A stretch of DNA of 64,000 nt from Candidatus Latescibacterota bacterium (GTDB taxonomy: Bacteria; Latescibacterota; UBA2968; UBA8231). Under the pieces are notes generated by a model that saw only the letters and a list, made by a program, of their open reading frames with translations, was not told the DNA's origin and did not search any database. The stretch lies in the NCBI GenBank assembly GCA_965221775.1, contig CBDCSU010000005.1:64001-128000 (forward strand). Reading direction: 5' to 3'. Shown here piece by piece: positions 60,016 through 64,000 of this stretch (position 1 is the stretch's first letter; every line of letters starts with the position of its first letter). The position numbers and the translations under genes were made by a program.

Positions 60016-60498
60016 TCAGTCCTCCTTCAGCCGGCGCAGGATCTCGTCGGTCAGACGCTGCACGAGGGCCTCCTCCTCGCGGTCGGCCGCGGCGCGGCGA
60101 TTGCAGCCGTCGCAGCCGGGGTTGGGCCGTCCCGCCGCCTCGGCCTGGTACACGGCGCACTCGGCGCAGGAGGAGGGCTCCACGAACCCGGAGCCGAACT
60201 CCTCGGTCTTGCAGCCGTACGGGCGGTCGGGGTGATCGCAGCGTCCACGGGCCAGCACTCCCCCCTCGGCGCCGGGAGGCAGCACCTCCGGGACCGCCTC
60301 CGGCGGCGCCGGACGGAACCGGCCCGGTCCGGGCGGCTCTCCCCGGGTCAGGCGCAGGCCGTGGCTGCGCAGGTAGTCCCACCCCGTGGGGGTGACCACC
60401 GCCCCGGCGGGCACCGATACCTCCTGCTGGCCGTCGTGGCGGTCGCGCAGGACCTCCGCGGTGACCACGGCCTCGGAGATGTGCAGTCGGTCCGCCAC
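60016..60498 (-). CDS. BMC-associated Cys-rich hypothetical protein with a C-terminal encapsulation-like helix
   Basis: VVTAEVL...VVTPTGWDYLR N-domain; C-x6-C, CAEC, CDGC; tail EEALVQRLTDEILRRLKED. Confidence 0.75.
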   Translation of the reverse strand: MADRLHISEAVVTAEVLRDRHDGQQEVSVPAGAVVTPTGWDYLRSHGLRLTRGEPPGPGRFRPAPPEAVPEVLPPGAEGGVLARGRCDHPDRPYGCKTEEFGSGFVEPSSCAECAVYQAEAAGRPNPGCDGCNRRAAADREEEALVQRLTDEILRRLKED

Positions 60499-60501
60499 CC
60501 G

Positions 60502-61239
60502 TCAGAGGCCCGCCTTCGCCGGGCCCGCCGTACTCAGCATCGCGTCGGAGCCTCCACCGGCCGTTGCTTTCTCGAGAACGACTTTGGCGGCGTTGACGAG
60601 ATCGACGGCGTTGCCCTCGTCCGTATCGATGTGGACCTCCAGCTTCGAACCGGCGTCGACGCGCACGACCACATCCTCGAGGGCTCCCGGCTGATCGCTG
60701 TCGACCACCAGGCGCATCCGGCCGCCGGCGGCGACGCCGTAGAACTCCGCCTCCTGGGGGTTCATGTGCACGTGGCGGGCGGCGCGAATCACGCCCTGGC
60801 CCATCTCCAGGCCGCCGGCGGGCCCCACGAGGTAGCACCCGGGAGAACCGTCGATGTCACCGCTCAGCCGCACCGGGGCGTCGATCCCGAGGAAGCGCGC
60901 GTCGGAGAAGGCGAGCTCCACCTGGCAGGCCTCGCGCAGCGGTCCGAGGACGCGCAGGTTGGAGATCATCTGCTTGCGCGGTCCGAAGATGGACACCGTC
61001 TCCTCGGCGGCGAAGGCGCCGTCCTGGTACAGGGGCTTGAGCACGGTCAGCTCCGCGCCCTGGCCGAAGAGCGTCTCCAGGGCGGCCGCGTCGAGGTGGC
61101 AGTGCCGGGCGGAGATGTTGGCGATCAGCCGGGGTCCCGGACCCGGGCGGCCGGAATCGACCGGGTGGCGAGGCAGGCGGCTCTTGAGGGCCTCGCGAAC
61201 CAGCGTCTCGACCCGTGCCCTGTCGATGGTGGCGATCAC
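60502..61239 (-). CDS. pduL: Phosphate acyltransferase PduL with N-terminal encapsulation peptide
   Basis: NISARHCHL, LYQDGAFAAEE, RVLGPLR, PVRLSG, AARHVHM, VHIDTDEGNA; N-terminal IDRARVETLVREALKSRL. Confidence 0.93.
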   Translation of the reverse strand: MIATIDRARVETLVREALKSRLPRHPVDSGRPGPGPRLIANISARHCHLDAAALETLFGQGAELTVLKPLYQDGAFAAEETVSIFGPRKQMISNLRVLGPLREACQVELAFSDARFLGIDAPVRLSGDIDGSPGCYLVGPAGGLEMGQGVIRAARHVHMNPQEAEFYGVAAGGRMRLVVDSDQPGALEDVVVRVDAGSKLEVHIDTDEGNAVDLVNAAKVVLEKATAGGGSDAMLSTAGPAKAGL

Positions 61240-61245
61240 CCCGCC

Positions 61246-61563
61246 TCAGCCGGCGCCTTCGACCACCCGACTCAGGTCCAGCCGGCGGCCGTCGGCGGTC
61301 AGTCCCTCCAGGATGGCGACGATGGCGGCGTCGGTGGGGACCGCGCCCAGCTCCGGGGCGGTGCGCGCCGAGCTGCCCATGACGACGAGGACGACCTCGC
61401 CCGGGCCGGCGCTCACCGCGTCGACGCAGACGAGCTCGCGGCCGGTGGAGTGGAGCCCGTCGGGGCGCACAGTGAGGACCTCGGCCAGCAGCAGCCTGCG
61501 GCCCGAGAGGTTGTCGAGCTTGGCGCTGGCCACGACCTGACCTTTCACCTGGGCGAGGAGCAT
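61246..61563 (-). CDS. BMC vertex protein, EutN/CcmL family (BMC-P)
   Basis: MLLAQVKGQVVASAK, VCVDAVSAGPGEVVLV, GSSAR, PTDAAIVAI. Confidence 0.92.
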   Translation of the reverse strand: MLLAQVKGQVVASAKLDNLSGRRLLLAEVLTVRPDGLHSTGRELVCVDAVSAGPGEVVLVVMGSSARTAPELGAVPTDAAIVAILEGLTADGRRLDLSRVVEGAG

Positions 61564-61739
61564 GGCTCTATCCAATCAGGGCGAACTTGCCCGCATGGAC
61601 CGCCAGCCGGGGAGAAGGCGGTAGAGGTAGGGCCGGAGGCGGTCGCTTCGTGGAAGTCGTTCGAAGTCCACGGCGGCCACTGCCTGTTCTTTGCCGCCGG
61701 TCCTGCGGGGAGTACCGGGGCTCAAGTGTCCGGATGGCA

Positions 61740-62921
61740 TCATAAGGCAAAGACGAAATCAATGTAGGGAACACCAAGAGCAAGCGCGTCTTCTCCAAGC
61801 TCATTCCAGAAACCAAGATCGACGCTCAATCTCCGGGCAAAGAACCTCATGCCATATGCTACCAAGGGATCCGTGTCAGGCAGGATATGGTTCTCGGAAA
61901 CCAGGGAGATATGTTCACTCAGGCGCATCTCTCCCCCAATCATCATCGTGGGACGATCAGCCAAGTCCCCGTCGATAAAGCCGTACCCAAGTCCTGCGCT
62001 CAGGCTGCCATCGGGTTGCCCTATGGTCGTGACGCCAAACAGGACTCCCGATGTCGGAAGATCAAGGCCCTGCAGGACAAGCACGCCCGCGGCAAGTCTA
62101 TCCGGGATGATGCCTACCTTCGATCCGAAGAAGAACAGCTGATTCTCCAGATCTACCCTTGGAAAAATGGAGACGCCGGCCCCCATGGTGAAGCCATCGG
62201 CAATTCCCATGGTAAGACCAGGGAAAAAGAGGTAATAGTCAGAGAAGTAGCCCTCTCCCTGCTTGAGCATGCGTGCAGTGGGGGAAAAAAGGAGACGAGT
62301 TGGATTGGGATTCTTGAACCAGACCTTCCCATCTCGGATCGAATCGGCCGTCGCTGTCTTCATCTCCACGATCTTTGAGGCCGGAATCGCGATCGCACCT
62401 GACTCTGCACCAACTACAATTCTCTGATCTCCAAATTCCAATATGCGTCCTGAGATTGAAGTTCCGTCACTGGTCTCAATTACCCAGACCTTGCTGGAAT
62501 CAGCTTCATTGGTTGCAGCATCTCCCTCCGGGGATTCGGCAGCAGGGGACGTGGTGGTCTGGCTCCCGGAGGGTGACAGAGGCCTGCCTCCCAGGCTCAG
62601 TCGTTGGATTCGCGCCAGGTCAATGCGCTGAGACCGGCCGTTGTCTGACAACAGCAGCCGCTGCGAGTTGACGGCCTGGATGACACCCCTCGCCTGGGTC
62701 AGGCGGGGCCACTGACCCGTGACCGGATCCCGGTACCCCAGCCCGTAGATGACTACGGCGGGAAGGCCCACTTCGACGGTGGTGCTGTCGATCGCGCCGG
62801 CTTCCAGAATCACCCCCGACCGCAAGGCCTCGGTTCGGTCACGGGACGAATCTGCCGGCGCATCACCGACCATGGAGAGGAGCGCACTGGCCGTGAGGAT
62901 GGATCGAAGGATGGCGCTCAT
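61740..62921 (-). CDS. Exported/outer-membrane hypothetical protein of lower GC, inserted in the BMC operon
   Basis: GAGGA RBS; signal peptide; N-domain shared with 16121..17029; IETSDGTSISGRI small beta domain; NPNPTRLLFSPTARML and amphipathic beta-strands ending PYIDFVFAL. Confidence 0.75.
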   Translation of the reverse strand: MSAILRSILTASALLSMVGDAPADSSRDRTEALRSGVILEAGAIDSTTVEVGLPAVVIYGLGYRDPVTGQWPRLTQARGVIQAVNSQRLLLSDNGRSQRIDLARIQRLSLGGRPLSPSGSQTTTSPAAESPEGDAATNEADSSKVWVIETSDGTSISGRILEFGDQRIVVGAESGAIAIPASKIVEMKTATADSIRDGKVWFKNPNPTRLLFSPTARMLKQGEGYFSDYYLFFPGLTMGIADGFTMGAGVSIFPRVDLENQLFFFGSKVGIIPDRLAAGVLVLQGLDLPTSGVLFGVTTIGQPDGSLSAGLGYGFIDGDLADRPTMMIGGEMRLSEHISLVSENHILPDTDPLVAYGMRFFARRLSVDLGFWNELGEDALALGVPYIDFVFAL

Positions 62922-62972
62922 GCGTCCTCGGCTGCCGCCTCAGGCAAAGAGAGTAGCTCGATTGCGCACTTC

Positions 62973-64000
62973 TCAGGTGATGCGGAAGTAGTCCACCAGG
63001 GCGCAGCGGCGGCGGCGGGTGAAGGTGCGGGCCGTGGTCAGGCCCTCGCCGGTGGGACCGGCGATGGAGTAGGTGGAGAACCCTTCGCCGCCGACACCGA
63101 GACCAGCGTAGGAAGGTCCGTTCTTGACGAAGACGGTGGTGTCCACGGCGCGCGCCATGTTGTGCATGCTCTCCACGTTCCGTGAATGGATCACGGCCGT
63201 GTGCCGGTAGCCGTGCTCGGACTCCACGGCGGCGCGGATGCCCTCGTTCACGTCGCCCACGCGGACGATGGGCAGGAACGTCATCATCTGCTCCACCCTG
63301 ACGAAGGGATGGTCGCCGCCGGTCTCGCCGATGAGCAGCCGCACCCGGTCGTCGAGATCGAGGCCGATGGCCCGGCCCAGAACGTTGGCATTGCGGCCGA
63401 TGAACTCGCGCTCGGGGTGAGACTGCCCGTCCCCGCCCCGGGGGAGGGCGGCCCGGGTCAGGGCCTCCACCTGACCCGCGTCGAGCTCGACGGCGCTGTA
63501 GGCGACCATCTCCGCCTTGAGGTCATCGGCCACGTCGTCGACGACGAAGCACTGCTTCTCGCCGATGCAGAGGATGTTGTTGTCGAAAGCGGCGCCGTCG
63601 ACGATGTCGCGCGCGGCCTTGCGGATGTCCGCGGTCTCGTCGACGACGACGGGGGGATTCCCGGGGCCGGCGACGATCGACTTCTTGGGGCTGGCGAGGG
63701 CGGCCCGGGCCACGGCAGCCCCGCCGGTGACGAGGATGACCCGGACCCCCCGATGGTTGAACAGCTCTCCGGCGCTCTCGATCGTCGGCTCGGCGATGCA
63801 GGAGATCAGGCTCTCCGGCCCTCCGGCGGCGGTGATGGCGTCGTTGAGCAGCTGCACGGAGTGGGCTGAAACCCCCTTGGCCCCGGGGTGGGGGTTGAAG
63901 ACGACGGAGTTGCCCGCGGCGATGATGCCGATGGCGTTGTTCACCAGGGTCGGCACGGGATGGGTGGAAGGGGTGACGGCGCAGAAGACGCCGTACGGCG
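62973..64000 (-). CDS. CoA-acylating aldehyde dehydrogenase (EutE/PduP family), 5' end outside the window
   Basis: PYGVFCAVTPSTHP, FNPHP, VTGG, AGPGNPPVVVDETAD, FDNNILCIGEK, EQMM, HTAVIHS, IAGPTGEG. Confidence 0.93.
   Translation of the reverse strand, partial: PYGVFCAVTPSTHPVPTLVNNAIGIIAAGNSVVFNPHPGAKGVSAHSVQLLNDAITAAGGPESLISCIAEPTIESAGELFNHRGVRVILVTGGAAVARAALASPKKSIVAGPGNPPVVVDETADIRKAARDIVDGAAFDNNILCIGEKQCFVVDDVADDLKAEMVAYSAVELDAGQVEALTRAALPRGGDGQSHPEREFIGRNANVLGRAIGLDLDDRVRLLIGETGGDHPFVRVEQMMTFLPIVRVGDVNEGIRAAVESEHGYRHTAVIHSRNVESMHNMARAVDTTVFVKNGPSYAGLGVGGEGFSTYSIAGPTGEGLTTARTFTRRRRCALVDYFRIT

Overview
High-GC bacterial chromosomal window from a diderm, probably of the FCB superphylum (Latescibacterota/Gemmatimonadota-like). 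This placement is inferred from SprA, a YPNPFNP/FlgD-type C-terminal sorting domain, LptF/G and many PhyH/Gfo/SDR genes. Left to right: (1) a sigma54-controlled secreted glycan module (clan GH-A hydrolase plus a CBM-like protein) next to an unusual beta-propeller-fused enhancer-binding protein; (2) LMF1, PhyH and Spy-like genes; (3) a three-subunit thiocyanate-hydrolase-like/nitrile hydratase cluster; (4) catabolic oxidoreductases around a lower-GC islet; (5) feoA-feoB; (6) a sprA-comEA-pilM-like-coaD-obgE-dprA run; (7) lptF/G and a 7xLysM amidase; (8) an ATP-grasp-larE-def operon and tRNA-Asp; (9) a split feoB locus with two divergent DtxR-family regulators; (10) the distal part of a bacterial microcompartment (BMC) operon. 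The best candidate for an undescribed system is the BMC locus. A 2-domain shell gene is translationally coupled to a 4-domain shell gene (2+4 = 6 domains, a possible heterodimeric pseudo-hexamer), and the operon also carries two DHDPS-family enzymes, a DAO-family flavoenzyme and a Cys-rich protein with an encapsulation-like tail. All calls come from reading motifs by eye; no database search was run.
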